A stretch of DNA of 64,000 nucleotides from an uncultured delta proteobacterium. GTDB taxonomy: Bacteria; Desulfobacterota; Desulfobacteria; Desulfobacterales; UBA2156. The notes beneath the pieces were generated by a model, which did not search any database, was not told where the DNA came from, and was given only the letters and a program-made list of their open reading frames with translations. Below are positions 19,555 to 30,055 of the stretch, one piece after another; positions within the stretch are counted from its first letter, which is position 1; each line of letters begins with the position of its first letter. Where the stretch lies: positions 128,001-192,000 of the forward strand of contig CAVTQK010000009.1 of assembly GCA_963736855.1 (NCBI GenBank). Direction: 5' to 3'. The position numbers were made by a program, and so were the translations under genes.

Positions 19555-22500
19555 GCCGGAGGATCGGACTATCGGGTAAAATCGCGGCGTTTTTCATAGA
19601 CTCCAAACTCACGCCCCTGGTGATCGTCGCGTCCATTCTTCTGGGAATCGCGGCGGTGGCGGCGCTTCCCCGCGAAGAGGAGCCGCAGATCATTGTACCC
19701 ATGATCGATATCTTCGTGAAGATGCCCGGTGCAGATGCAAAAGAGGTGGAGGAGCGCATCACCTATCCCATGGAGAAACTCCTGTGGGAAATCCCCGGCG
19801 TAGAGTATGTCTATTCGACTTCCAGTCCGGGAATGTCCATGGCCGTGGTGCGGTTTTACGTCGGACAGAACGAGGAAGAATCGATTGTTCGGCTTCAATC
19901 CAAGCTCATGGCGAATTATGATCGGATCCCCTGGGCCGCATCTCCTCCCCTCATCAAACCCCGGTACATCGACGATGTCCCCATCCTGGCGTTGACTTTC
20001 TGGAGCCGCGAGGCGGATCATTATCTTCTGCGTCGGGTAGCCTCCGAGGTCGAAAACAATATCAAACGGGAAAACAATGTTTCCACCACCACCGTGATCG
20101 GCGGAGTTTCTCGCCAGGTCCAGGTCCTGCTCGACCCGGTTCGGATGGCGGGCCGGGGACTGTCGACGGAATCGGTGGCCATGATGGTTCAAGCCGCCAA
20201 CCAGGAGTCGGATACCGGAGAATTTCCCTCCTCTGATGGACAAGTTCTGGTCCACACCGGCACCTTCTTAAAGACCCTGCAGGATGTTGAACGCCTGGTT
20301 ATCGGTGTCCATGACGGCAGGCCGGTCTATCTCGAGGATGTGGCTCAAGTGGTGGATGGTCCGGGTGAGATCGATCAATACGTCTTTTTTGGGGCGGGGC
20401 CGGCAGCCGAAAAGGAGTTGGCATCTGCATCGTCTTCCACCGGCGCTTTTCCTGCGGTTACTCTCACCGTGGCCAAGCGAAAAGGGACCAACGCCATTGA
20501 GGTGGCCAATAACATCCTGGCCAGAATCGAGACGGTGCGGGGGAGCCTCATTCCGAACAACATCCACATGACCGTCACGCGAAACTACGGTGAAACGGCC
20601 AAGGAGAAATCCGACGAGCTCTTATACCATATGATGATCGCCATCGTGTCGGTTACTATTTTGATAGGGGTCACTTTAGGCCGTCGGGAGTCGGGTGTGG
20701 TCGCCTTCGCCATCCCGGTCACGCTGGCCCTGACCATGGCCATCTTCTTCATCTATGGGTACACGCTGAACCGTATCACCCTCTTTGCCCTCATTTTTTC
20801 GATCGGGATTCTGGTGGATGACGCTATTGTGGTGGTGGAAAACATTGTCCGGCATTACCATTTGCCCGAAAATCAGAGCCGCTCCCGGTTGGACATCGCC
20901 ATCGAGGCCGTGGATGAGGTAGGGAACCCCACCATCCTGGCCACGCTGACGGTGATCGCCGCTATCTTGCCCATGGCCTTTGTGGGAGGGCTCATGGGTC
21001 CCTATATGCGCCCTATTCCAGTGGGGGCATCGGCGGCAATGGTGTTTTCACTGCTGGTGGCTTTTATCGTCACCCCCTGGGCTTCCAAACGACTGCTTCG
21101 AAAGAAAGGGCACTCCGGCGGCAAACAAGTCCATGACCATACTCAGGAAGATTGGAGTACGAGACTGTATCGCAGGGTCATGGGACCTCTCATCGCCAAC
21201 CCTCTATGGCGCTGGAGCTTTTTGATAGGCGTCGTGGCCCTGCTGATCCTGTGCTGCACCTTGGTCCTTGTCGGGTTTGTCCGGGTGAAGATGCTTCCCT
21301 TTGACAACAAGAGCGAATTCCAGGTCATCATCGACATGCCCGAAAAAGCCACACTGGAAGATACCGCTGCCGCCGCCCTGGAGATGGGCGCCTACCTGAA
21401 GACGGTCAATGAAGTGACCGATTACCAGGTTTATATCGGAACCTCCGGTCCATTTAATTTCAACGGCCTGGTCCGCCATTATTATCTGCGGCGGGGAAGC
21501 CACTTGGCGGATATCCAGGTGAACCTGGCGGAAAAAGGACATCGAAAAGATCAGAGCCACGACATCGCGAAAAGGGTCCGTCCCTCCCTTGAGAAGATTG
21601 CTGAAAAGTACCAGGCCCGGATCAAGGTGGCGGAAGTGCCGCCCGGGCCACCGGTCCTGTCCACCCTGGTGGCCGAAATCTACGGACCGGATTATGAGCG
21701 TCAACGGGAAATCGCCAAGAAAATCAAGTCAATCTTTGAATCCACACCGGGAGTGGTGGATGTGGACTGGTACATGGAAGAAGATCGGCCCCGATATCAT
21801 TTCCAGGTGGATAAAGAAAAGGCGGCCCTCCACGGCATCAGCGTATCGAGCATCACCGCCACGTTGGATACGGCCTTGAGCGGAAGACAGGTCGGGCTTC
21901 TCCATGACAGCCGCGAGAAAGAAGACGTTCCTGTCCTGTTGCGTTTTTCCCTGGCGAACCGTGCCGGGATCGAGCGCCTCGAGGCGCTGAAATTGACTGC
22001 AGCCGATGGAAGCCTGGTTCCCCTTTCGGCTTTCGTGACACCCATTCCGACACCCCCGGATCGAAGCATCTATCACAAGAACCTCATGCCGGTGGTCTAT
22101 GTGATCGGGGATGTGGCCGGCGTCAAAGAAAGCCCGGTCTATGCCATTTTAGAGATGCGCAAGAAGATCGAGGCCATCTCATTGCCCGAGGGATACACCA
22201 TCGAGCAACGCACCGCCACCCTTCCCAATACCGATCGCCGGTTCGCCATGAAATGGGATGGAGAATGGCATATCACCTATGAGGTTTTCCGGGACTTAGG
22301 GATCAGTTTCGGCGTTGTTCTGGTCCTCATCTTCGTCCTGGTAGTGGGGTGGTTTCAATCCTTCAGCACCCCCCTGGTCATCATGGCGGCCATCCCGTTT
22401 TCCCTCATCGGGATCTTGCCCGGCCACTGGGGAATGGGGGCGTTTTTCACGGCCACCTCCATGATCGGGTTCATCGCGGGGGCCGGCATCGTCGTGCGAA

Positions 22501-22814
22501 ATTCCATCATCCTGGTCGATTTCATCGAGCTGCGGCTCAGGGAGGGGATGCCGCTGGCCGAAGCGGTGGTGGATGCCGGTGCGGTTCGGTTCAGACCCAT
22601 GATGCTTACCGCTGCAGCCGTTGTCGTGGGGGCTTCCGTAATTCTTTTTGACCCCATCTTCCAGGGGCTTGCCATTTCTCTTATGGCCGGAGAGGTCGCT
22701 TCTCTTCTTTTTTCCCGGATGACGGTACCTATCCTTTATTTTCTGGACAAGCGATGGGAATTCGCCCACGGACACGACATCGCTCATGCGAAAGGAAGCG
22801 CCGCCAATGAGTAG
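19551..22814 (+). CDS. RND efflux transporter permease (AcrB/CzcA superfamily)
   Basis: 1087 aa; [43 protein letters not shown]. Confidence 0.95.
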   Translation: MSRRIGLSGKIAAFFIDSKLTPLVIVASILLGIAAVAALPREEEPQIIVPMIDIFVKMPGADAKEVEERITYPMEKLLWEIPGVEYVYSTSSPGMSMAVVRFYVGQNEEESIVRLQSKLMANYDRIPWAASPPLIKPRYIDDVPILALTFWSREADHYLLRRVASEVENNIKRENNVSTTTVIGGVSRQVQVLLDPVRMAGRGLSTESVAMMVQAANQESDTGEFPSSDGQVLVHTGTFLKTLQDVERLVIGVHDGRPVYLEDVAQVVDGPGEIDQYVFFGAGPAAEKELASASSSTGAFPAVTLTVAKRKGTNAIEVANNILARIETVRGSLIPNNIHMTVTRNYGETAKEKSDELLYHMMIAIVSVTILIGVTLGRRESGVVAFAIPVTLALTMAIFFIYGYTLNRITLFALIFSIGILVDDAIVVVENIVRHYHLPENQSRSRLDIAIEAVDEVGNPTILATLTVIAAILPMAFVGGLMGPYMRPIPVGASAAMVFSLLVAFIVTPWASKRLLRKKGHSGGKQVHDHTQEDWSTRLYRRVMGPLIANPLWRWSFLIGVVALLILCCTLVLVGFVRVKMLPFDNKSEFQVIIDMPEKATLEDTAAAALEMGAYLKTVNEVTDYQVYIGTSGPFNFNGLVRHYYLRRGSHLADIQVNLAEKGHRKDQSHDIAKRVRPSLEKIAEKYQARIKVAEVPPGPPVLSTLVAEIYGPDYERQREIAKKIKSIFESTPGVVDVDWYMEEDRPRYHFQVDKEKAALHGISVSSITATLDTALSGRQVGLLHDSREKEDVPVLLRFSLANRAGIERLEALKLTAADGSLVPLSAFVTPIPTPPDRSIYHKNLMPVVYVIGDVAGVKESPVYAILEMRKKIEAISLPEGYTIEQRTATLPNTDRRFAMKWDGEWHITYEVFRDLGISFGVVLVLIFVLVVGWFQSFSTPLVIMAAIPFSLIGILPGHWGMGAFFTATSMIGFIAGAGIVVRNSIILVDFIELRLREGMPLAEAVVDAGAVRFRPMMLTAAAVVVGASVILFDPIFQGLAISLMAGEVASLLFSRMTVPILYFLDKRWEFAHGHDIAHAKGSAANE

Positions 22815-22868
22815 CCCCCGTGGAGTGGACTCGTGAGGCGGGGGAAAGCACGAACGAGCCCTGGTCCA

Positions 22869-23612
22869 TCAGGCCGCTTTTTCATGTCGCAGAATCTCGC
22901 CCCGGACGCTGACGACCACCTTATGCAGAGGGATATGCTTTCCCGCCATTCCCATCCCCTTTTTAACGATTGCGGGAAGACTGCTGCAACAGGGAACTTC
23001 CATGACCACGACGGTCACACTCTGGATACCGGCGGATTTAAAAATTTCAGAAAATTTTTCGACATATTCCTGAGTATCGTCAAACTTGGGACAACCGATC
23101 ATCACAGCTCTTCCCCTGATAAACTCCTGGTGTAAAGCCGGAAACGCCACGGGTACGCAATCGGCGGCTACCAGCAGATGAGCCCCTTTAAGAAACGGGG
23201 CCGTGGGTGGAACCAGCTTGATCTGAATGGGCCAATGGGTCAATTCCGACTGCTGTCGTGCTTCCAGGTTAGCCGGTATATTTGCTTTTGCACAGGGATC
23301 AGCCGCAGAAAATAATTGAATATCAGCCGATGGGCACCTTTTGGGATCCTCATGTACTCTCCTATCCTTGTTTTCGAGGTGCGATTCCACGGCGTGCTCA
23401 TCAAATTCCTCGGCTTCGCGTTCAATAATATGCAACGCCCCCTGAGGGCATTCGCCGACACATGCCCCCAGACCATCACACAGGTTTTCGGAAATCACCC
23501 GGGCCTTGCCGTCAATAACTTCGAGGGATCCTTCCGCACACGAAATGACGCACTGACCGCATCCGTCACATCGTTCTTCGTCGATCTCGATGATTTTTCT
23601 CATGACTTTCAT
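22869..23612 (-). CDS. 4Fe-4S dicluster ferredoxin-domain protein (type often found in hcp regulons)
   Basis: CDGCGQCVISC and CDGLGACVGECP, plus WPIQIKLV, AADC, IGCPKFDD, MEVPCC. Confidence 0.88.
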   Translation of the reverse strand: MKVMRKIIEIDEERCDGCGQCVISCAEGSLEVIDGKARVISENLCDGLGACVGECPQGALHIIEREAEEFDEHAVESHLENKDRRVHEDPKRCPSADIQLFSAADPCAKANIPANLEARQQSELTHWPIQIKLVPPTAPFLKGAHLLVAADCVPVAFPALHQEFIRGRAVMIGCPKFDDTQEYVEKFSEIFKSAGIQSVTVVVMEVPCCSSLPAIVKKGMGMAGKHIPLHKVVVSVRGEILRHEKAA

Positions 23613-23664
23613 GCTTGAACCTTTCATTCAGATTTAAAATGGGTATCGTGCACGAGGAAGGGCT

Positions 23665-24393
23665 CTATTCCAGCAGCAGCGCCTCGGCCGTATGTTTTCC
23701 GCTTTCGGTCAGAAGGGTTTCCTTGATCGTTTCTTTCAACCGATCCTTTTCCATGGGCATTTCCTTCAGCTTTTCTTCGAGGTTGGCGATCTGGTCGGCA
23801 TCATATACCACCTTGAAATTGAGCGTTTCCTCATTTCGCGGATGGTGATGGCAGGCGATGATGTCGCAAACCTCTTGGATGACCGGCTCTTTGGCCTTGA
23901 GCTTTGAAAGGATCGAGCGGGCGATAGGAGGGCCTTCCTGTTCCTGATATTCAGGCGCCGCACTTTGGTATTTGCGTTCGGCCTCAGGGATTCCGATGTC
24001 GTGAAGATAGGCCGCACAAAGGATCACCGCCAGATTGCCGCCCTCGAGCTTCCCTATCCGTTCCGCATGACGCGCTACCCGGCTGGCATGTCCGATCATC
24101 TTGAAATCGTTTTTCAAGTATCGCTTCACCTCCACCGCCACGCGGTCCTTGAGCAGATCTTCTTTTCGGGCCAGCAACTCCTCCGGAAGTGTTCCCAGAC
24201 ACTGCTCGGCATGTTCGCAATACGATGCACACCCGAAATCCATCTTGGGATTCACGAATCGATAGCCGCATTGGCCGCACTTTCGGGTGGTGTCGTCCTT
24301 GAAAAACTCCACGATGTTTTGACACTTGGGACACCGGGCCTCAAAAATAGCCCCCGGTTTCCAGTATCGACTGTCCTGTCCAGGGCATTTCAT
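23665..24393 (-). CDS. HD-domain phosphohydrolase with N-terminal Cys-rich zinc-ribbon
   Basis: MKCPGQD...CPKC...CGQC...GCASYCEHAEQC, then H...LHDIG...HHH...DAD. Confidence 0.85.
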   Translation of the reverse strand: MKCPGQDSRYWKPGAIFEARCPKCQNIVEFFKDDTTRKCGQCGYRFVNPKMDFGCASYCEHAEQCLGTLPEELLARKEDLLKDRVAVEVKRYLKNDFKMIGHASRVARHAERIGKLEGGNLAVILCAAYLHDIGIPEAERKYQSAAPEYQEQEGPPIARSILSKLKAKEPVIQEVCDIIACHHHPRNEETLNFKVVYDADQIANLEEKLKEMPMEKDRLKETIKETLLTESGKHTAEALLLE

Positions 24394-24456
24394 GGGTTTA
24401 CCTCCGTTTTCATGTTGACTTGCCTGGCTTTATACCGTTGAATTCAGGAGGCCGCC

Positions 24457-24470
24457 TTGACTTAGGTCAA
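24457..24470. promoter_or_regulatory. HcpR/Fnr-type palindromic operator
   Basis: Perfect TTGAC-TTAG-GTCAA between the divergent HD/ferredoxin operon and the Crp/Fnr gene. Confidence 0.75.
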
Positions 24471-24501
24471 TAGAAAGCAAAATTTTTATAAAGGAGAATG
24501 T

Positions 24502-25176
24502 ATGACGGTTTCAGCAGACGCCCTGATGCACTCTCCCCTCTTTGAGGGTCTCCCTGATGTACAGATGGCGGAGATCAGGCGCATCGCCGTCTCCCGGCAA
24601 GTCAAAAAGGGTGAGATCATCTTTTCTCAAGGGGATGCCGGCAATGGGTTTTATATCATCGCCGTCGGAGTGGTTAAAGTCTTCACGGTATCCGCTGAAG
24701 GCAAAGAACAGATCCTTCACATTCTCAGCGACGGGGAGCCCTTCGGGGAGGTGGCGGTCTTTATCGGGCGTACGTTCCCTGCCCATGCCGAGGCCCTGAC
24801 CGATTGCAGGCTCTGGTATTTCCCCAGGGTTGCATTTGTAGGGCTGGTGGAAAGGACCCCGTCTCTTTCACTCAACATGATCGCCCTGCTCTGTTTACGG
24901 TTGCATCAATTTGCGGCCCAGGTGGAAAGCCTTTCGCTGAAAGCCGTTCCCTCCCGGTTGGCCGCCTATCTGATTTATCTGGCCGAAGAACAGAAAACCG
25001 AAGACCGGGTCTCGCTGAAGATCTCCAAGGGGCAGCTCGCCGGCCTTCTCGGAACCATACCGGAGACCCTCTCCCGGGTCCTTGCCCGATTGACCGATCA
25101 AGGGATCATCTCGGTGGACGGCAAATCGATCCGGTTGAGGGACATCGACGCACTGCAGGAACTCTCGGGTCAATGA
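24502..25176 (+). CDS. hcpR: Crp/Fnr family regulator, HcpR-like
   Basis: cNMP-binding domain (GKEQILHIL..GEPFGEVAVF) and HTH GTIPETLSR; context and adjacent operator support HcpR. Confidence 0.8.
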   Translation: MTVSADALMHSPLFEGLPDVQMAEIRRIAVSRQVKKGEIIFSQGDAGNGFYIIAVGVVKVFTVSAEGKEQILHILSDGEPFGEVAVFIGRTFPAHAEALTDCRLWYFPRVAFVGLVERTPSLSLNMIALLCLRLHQFAAQVESLSLKAVPSRLAAYLIYLAEEQKTEDRVSLKISKGQLAGLLGTIPETLSRVLARLTDQGIISVDGKSIRLRDIDALQELSGQ

Positions 25177-25188
25177 GAGATCAAGAAT

Positions 25189-25665
25189 CTATTTCTGAGT
25201 CCTGATAAGCTGACGGCTGAGGGCTTCGAGGTGACCCATCTCTTCCTTGATGATGATGTCGATGCGGCCTTTGCCGAACTTTTCCGGAACCAGGTCCCGA
25301 ATTCCCAGATAAAACACGATGGAATCTTTTTCCGCGCCGATGGCGGCCATGAAAATATCTTTTAAGGTGGACGGATCCATCTTCTTTTCGAAAAAGACTC
25401 GGGTATCCGCCAGGGCCCGCAGATAAGCCAGGGCTTCTCCTTGCGGGTCGAAAACAGTGGATGCCTGGTCTTTCTCGCTGAGATCGGCCATCATTTTTGA
25501 AAAGGCTTTTTCATGCCCTTCTTCCATTGCGGAAAGCTGCAGCAGCAATTTCTTAGCTTCTGCATCATGGGATTTCTGCGCGGCGTTCTTGTAAAAGGCC
25601 GCACCGTTTCTTTCGAGCTGTAAAGCCATCTCAAAAACATCCTTGGCGTTGAAATCGTACATCAT
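25189..25665 (-). CDS. Rubrerythrin/ferritin-like protein
   Basis: E..G..FY, EEGH, EKDSIVFY, EEMGH di-iron motifs. Confidence 0.88.
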   Translation of the reverse strand: MMYDFNAKDVFEMALQLERNGAAFYKNAAQKSHDAEAKKLLLQLSAMEEGHEKAFSKMMADLSEKDQASTVFDPQGEALAYLRALADTRVFFEKKMDPSTLKDIFMAAIGAEKDSIVFYLGIRDLVPEKFGKGRIDIIIKEEMGHLEALSRQLIRTQK

Positions 25666-25828
25666 GGTTCATCCTTTCATTCCCATAAGCAAACGGGACA
25701 CTTCATCCCGTCGTTTAAAATTAATTTTAAACATAAAACCGAACCGCCTATTTGTAAAGCGCATCCCTCGTTTGTATCGGATTATGGCCAAGGGGTTCTT
25801 TTGCAAGCACAATGCGTCATGCCTAAGC

Positions 25829-25857
25829 TTGACACACTCCGCACCTTTTCCTATAGT
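25829..25857 (+). promoter_or_regulatory. Sigma70-type promoter of the inositol-phosphate synthase operon
   Basis: TTGACA-N17-TATAGT; implies the ORF-track TTG start at 25801 is too far upstream. Confidence 0.65.
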
Positions 25858-25956
25858 CACGGCGGCATTTTTGGGGAAAGGCGCGTGGGCGTTTCATCGG
25901 CTGCCCTCCGAATCCCCCCTTTCTCCCGGGTTCAGATAGATGCATTCACGCTTTCG

Positions 25957-27144
25957 ATGAAGACTAACCCTTCAATAAACTCACCCTCGCCGCCTATCCT
26001 GCTCCTGATTGCCGGGGCCAAAGGAGCCGTAGGATCCACCATTGCCGCTGCCGTGGCGGCCGGGGAAACAGACCCGGATATCATTATAAAAAGCCTGACC
26101 AGCCGAAACCGGTTTTCCGCCGACTTCCCCTCGATGCGCTATAAAATGGCGGGGTGGGACGTTTGCCTGGAACCTTATTCCGCGATTTGGGAGAAAAACG
26201 GCGTCCTCCCGGAGGCGATTCGGTTGCGATATCAGGAGTATGCAGAAGCGATTCCGGTCCGGAAACCCCCGGATCCGACAATACCCCTCAAGGACCAGGT
26301 TGAAGCGATACGGCTTGATCTCGCGGTATTCATGGAAAGCCACCCCGGCGCATGGCCGGTTTTTGTCAACCTCCTCCCAGCCGCTCCATGCCCGGACACT
26401 GCGGCAGGTCCGAAATCCGGATCTTGCCTTCCAGGGTGTATCAAAGACTGTCCGGACAGGGCTTATGCGCTGGCCGCCGTCGATTCCGGCATCCCCATGG
26501 TCAATTTTTCGCCAAACTTACTGGAATCCCAGGAGCTTCTCGCTACGGCCCGGCAAAATCGCGTGCCCATTGCGGGGCGGGACGGTAAGACCGGCCAGAC
26601 ATTCCTGAAGGTCGTCCTGGCCTCTGCCCTCAAGGCCCGGGCTTTTTCCGTGGAGGGCTGGTACAGCTTGAACCTTTTAGGAAACGCCGACGGAAAAAAC
26701 CTCATGATCCCTGAGAATGCCTCCGGAAAATTGGCCAATAAGACCGCCGTCCTCGACAGCATTTTGAGCGCATCCGGGGAAAGAGGAGACTCTGGGGTTT
26801 TCCATAAAGTCCGCATCGATTACTACCCGCCCCGGGGAGATGCCAAGGAAGCGTGGGACCTCATCGATTTTTCCGGCCTTTTCGGGCTGCCCATGAGCCT
26901 GCGTGTGAATCTTTTAGGAAGGGATTCCATTTTGGCGGCTCCTTTGGTCCTGGATCTTTCCCGCTGGATGGTGGCGTTAAAAGCGGCCGGCCGCGGCGGA
27001 CCGGTTCCGGAATTGGCTTTTTTTTTCAAAACACCGGTAGGAGAAACCGCCCCAGCCACGTTCCAGGATCAACTTTCCGCCTTGGATTTGCTTGAAAGGG
27101 AGTGCATGGAATCCTTTGTTCTCTCTAATGGGCGGCATGCATGA
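25957..27144 (+). CDS. ino1: Myo-inositol-1-phosphate synthase family protein
   Basis: GAKGAVGST, GWD, GRDGKTGQTFLK, WYSLNLLGNADG, GDAKEAWD, DSILAAPLVLDL. Confidence 0.88.
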   Translation: MKTNPSINSPSPPILLLIAGAKGAVGSTIAAAVAAGETDPDIIIKSLTSRNRFSADFPSMRYKMAGWDVCLEPYSAIWEKNGVLPEAIRLRYQEYAEAIPVRKPPDPTIPLKDQVEAIRLDLAVFMESHPGAWPVFVNLLPAAPCPDTAAGPKSGSCLPGCIKDCPDRAYALAAVDSGIPMVNFSPNLLESQELLATARQNRVPIAGRDGKTGQTFLKVVLASALKARAFSVEGWYSLNLLGNADGKNLMIPENASGKLANKTAVLDSILSASGERGDSGVFHKVRIDYYPPRGDAKEAWDLIDFSGLFGLPMSLRVNLLGRDSILAAPLVLDLSRWMVALKAAGRGGPVPELAFFFKTPVGETAPATFQDQLSALDLLERECMESFVLSNGRHA

Positions 27145-27986
27145 TATTCGGTTACAGCACCAACGCCTTCGTCAAGTTTTCCCTTCCTGATGCCGTCTTG
27201 AAAATCGCCGATCTCGGTTTCAACGGTATAGAGATTATGGGGGACCGTCCCCATCTATACCCGCCCGACTATGATTCCGGGGCGATTTCCGCTTTAAAGG
27301 ACCTGGTCCGGGAATGCAATCTGACCGTAACCAATCTTAATAGTTTCACTCTTTTTGCAGTCGGGGACACCTACCTTCCTTCCTGGATCGAGCCGGAGAA
27401 AGCGCGCCGGAACATCCGCATTCACCACACTCTCGATTCACTCAAAGTCGCCTCGGCCATCGGGTGCAGGAACATTTCCGTGCCGCCCGGCGGACCGTTG
27501 AACAACCTGTCCCGTAAAGAGGCCTTGGCTTTCTTTTACAAAGGTATGGAGGCAGTGATCCCCTTGGCCGAAACATTAGGGGTCCGCATACTCGTGGAGC
27601 CCGAACCGGATCTGATGATCGAAAACACATGGCAATTCAGGGAATTTATCGCCGGGATCCGATCTTCTGCCGTGGGGATTAACTTGGATATCGGGCATTT
27701 TTTCTGCGCCGGCGAGGCGCCGGAGGAGGCCTTTGAGGAGCTTTTCGAGTGGGTAGGGCATGTCCACCTAGAAGATATCGCTGAAAGCCGCGTCCATCGC
27801 CATCTCATTCCAGGGCATGGAGCCATCGATTTTCCACGTATCTTGGAGACCATCGTCCGCTTGAAATATGATGGCGCCGTCAGCCTGGAGTTATACCCCT
27901 ATACGGATATGCCGGAAAAAGCGGGAAGGGAAAGCCTGGAATATCTCAAGCCGTTATTCGATTCCGCAGGTATTGCGCTGGGTTAA
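27141..27986 (+). CDS. Sugar-phosphate isomerase/epimerase (xylose-isomerase-like TIM barrel)
   Basis: VEPEP, NLDIGH, HVHLEDI...H.HLIPG.G.IDF, SLELY; 4-bp overlap with ino1. Confidence 0.88.
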   Translation: MIFGYSTNAFVKFSLPDAVLKIADLGFNGIEIMGDRPHLYPPDYDSGAISALKDLVRECNLTVTNLNSFTLFAVGDTYLPSWIEPEKARRNIRIHHTLDSLKVASAIGCRNISVPPGGPLNNLSRKEALAFFYKGMEAVIPLAETLGVRILVEPEPDLMIENTWQFREFIAGIRSSAVGINLDIGHFFCAGEAPEEAFEELFEWVGHVHLEDIAESRVHRHLIPGHGAIDFPRILETIVRLKYDGAVSLELYPYTDMPEKAGRESLEYLKPLFDSAGIALG

Positions 27987-28150
27987 CCGCCGTGCCCTCG
28001 GCGTGGCTCTTGGTGGATTGAACCGAACCATCAAAATCCAACGTCACCCGCGGCAGGTGTTCGCGTTGAAGCCCCTCCAGTACTATGCCACGGGACAGCT
28101 GACAGACCTCTCAACCCCATCGGCATCCATTTTATGACGACCAGCGGCTC
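27985..28150 (-). mobile_element. IS1380-family transposase fragment
   Basis: Minus strand reads (K)[48 protein letters not shown], resembling the IS1380 first catalytic-Asp region ([17 protein letters not shown]); frameshifted and truncated at both ends. Confidence 0.7.
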
Positions 28151-28191
28151 TTGCATCTGCCACGCTGCATTCAGACTGTAACGGTTCGCGC

Positions 28192-28230
28192 AAAAAAAAG
28201 TAGAGGGGGGCATTTCGCCCCCCTTCTACT
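28192..28230 (-). terminator. Intrinsic terminator of the Pro/Ala-rich gene
   Basis: Stem AGTAGAGGGGG...CCCCCTTCTACT with an A8 tract (U8 on the minus strand). Confidence 0.8.
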
Positions 28231-28254
28231 CACTTGATCAGGCAAGAACAACCG

Positions 28255-28688
28255 TTATTTAACTTCCTTCATTTTCGTCACGGTCAGAACCTTCTTGTCC
28301 TGCACCGTAGCGATAGTGCCGGTTGCCTCTACCTTCTTTCCTAACATGGCAGCAATTTTCTCGCCCTTCATTCCACAGGTCTCGGTCTCGGTCTTGAGGG
28401 CGTAGCCGGTGACCTTGCCCTTAGCATCCTTGACCTCTTCCACCACACCGGTCAGCGTGACGGGTTCCACCTTCTTCGCTGTGACCTCAGCGGCCTTTGC
28501 AGGCGCGGCGGTGCAGCAGGCGCGGCAGGCGCGGCGGGAGCAGCAGGCGCAACGGTCGCAGCAGGCGCAGCAGGCGCGGCGGGCGCAGCAGGCGCGGCGG
28601 GAGTGGCAGGCTTAGCCTGCTGAGCAGCAACAAGCACAGGCGCTACCAAAAATGCAGCGATCACCAACATCGAAATAACTCTTTTCAT
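28255..28688 (-). CDS. Exported Pro/Ala-rich (PAA-repeat) protein with small beta-rich C-terminal domain; -1 frameshift near 28510
   Basis: Signal peptide MKRVISMLVIAAFLVAPVLVAA and (PAA)n; adding one base joins it to ...PAKAAEVTAKKVEPVTLTGVVEE...KEVK (144 aa); strong RBS. Confidence 0.75.
28498..28612. repeat. Coding 9-bp tandem repeat (Pro-Ala-Ala)
   Basis: Repeated GCAGGCGCG/GCAGGCGCA/GCGGGAGCA units. Confidence 0.85.
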
Positions 28689-29265
28689 TTCTTCCTTCCT
28701 CCTTCTGAGTCTTCTTGCCTTAACGGCGGTTACTAAAATAATACCCTGCTCTCCTTGGCACTTGCCTGTACTTTGAGAGCACTCTTCCCGGGGCAGATAC
28801 CTGCCCCGGATCTTTATCCTTTGTCCCCTATAAAATCATGATGACGATATCTGCCGAATCCCCTTTCCACAGTCTTACCGATGGTCTATTTCCATAACCG
28901 TTCCTTCGAGCGGGCTGCTATGTATCAAGTCTGAAGAGCTTTAGCAAGAAAATATTTCCTTAAAAACATTATAAAATTAATTCAATAGGTTATAGTTTAA
29001 TTTCTTAGAAAATGTGAGATTGAAAATTTCATCAACATGCCGATAAAATTCCGGTTGACAGCACATTCACCTTCGGATAGTTGCAAATTCATAAGCCTTG
29101 TCAACTGCAGATTCCCATATCTTGGGGCGCAGATGATGGAAAAACACAATTCAGTCCCGCGCTTAATCCGCCAACAAAAAAGCGACTTCTTATCAGTTGA
29201 TACTTGACAAAATAATTTCTATCGGATAGGCAACAATAAAAAAACTAAATCGAATTCATAATTTT

Positions 29266-29485
29266 ATGGGAATACAGCAACACAGGGAGCAGAAAAAGGA
29301 GCGACGACACAAGCAGATCATCATGGCGACCAAGCGAATCTTTTTCAACAAGAATTTCGACTGGTCACTGTTTTCGGGAATGGTCCTATGGGAGGAGAGC
29401 AAGCGAATTTTCGATGCGTAAAAAGATTTTCTCAAGGAAAGATTGGACATGGCTTTTGGTATGTTCTTATGCGGGATCCGTCGCG
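29266..29485 (+). pseudogene. Internally deleted TetR/AcrR-family regulator remnant
   Basis: MGIQQHREQKKERRHKQIIMATKRIFFNKNF (TetR helix 1) fused to WSLFSGMVLWEESKRIFDA-stop/KDFLKERLDMAFGMFLCGIR (TetR C-terminal helices); the HTH is missing. Confidence 0.65.
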
Positions 29486-29661
29486 CCGGTCGGGGGTTTG
29501 CAGAAATCGCCGGATATCCGGATCGGGAAAACCCGGTGCGAAGCGATGAGCACACAAGCGATCCACGGGCGAGCTTTAAGGCAGATCCTTCGAGCCGAGC
29601 CGTCCTTTTCCATGTAACCCTTCGGGGGGCATTGCTGGTAACAATCTTTAAGGAGGAGAAA

Positions 29662-29989
29662 ATGGCAGAGAAAGAAATCATCGAGACTTCGGAAGCTGAA
29701 ATTGCCGTTCAGTGGAGGGCAAGGAGCCCGACCTGTATGTGGCCATCAAGACGGGATTCCATCCGAGCGTGGAGCCGGAAAAGCGCATGTGCTAGGCCCT
29801 GTCCATCGAGATCGGGCCTATCGTCAAGACGTGCAAGGTCTGGATCGTGCCCGGCATGACCAAGACCCGCTCGGCAAGATCATGCGTCGCGTGCTCGGAT
29901 TGCTCTCCAACAAGAGCGACATGGGCAAAGTGATTACCCTGGCCAACCCCGAAATCATGGAAGCAATCAAGAAGATGGTGCAAGGTTGA
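29662..29989 (+). pseudogene. acs: Internally deleted acetate-CoA ligase remnant
   Basis: AGGAGGAG RBS and MAEKEIIETSEAEIAVQW, joined to GKEPDLYVAIK...IGPIVKTCKVWIVPGMTKTRS(G)KIMRRVL...DMGKVITLANPEIMEAI; internal TAG stop and frameshifts. Confidence 0.8.
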
Positions 29990-30020
29990 AGGTGAACCGC
30001 CTGATTTCTAAATGTTCTTT

Positions 30021-30055
30021 GCCGGGGCTGCCTGTTGAGGAGGGCTAGCCCCGGC
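30021..30055. terminator. GC-rich hairpin after the acs remnant
   Basis: GCCGGGGCT...AGCCCCGGC inverted repeat. Confidence 0.5.

Noticed and set aside
28498..28612. Repeat array as a possible CRISPR
   Set aside because: The 9-bp units are contiguous, have no spacers and encode Pro-Ala-Ala; no cas genes are in the window.
29443..29989. ORF-track proteins 29443-29859 and 29702-29989 as real genes
   Set aside because: They are chimeric readings across the tetR-like and acs remnants.
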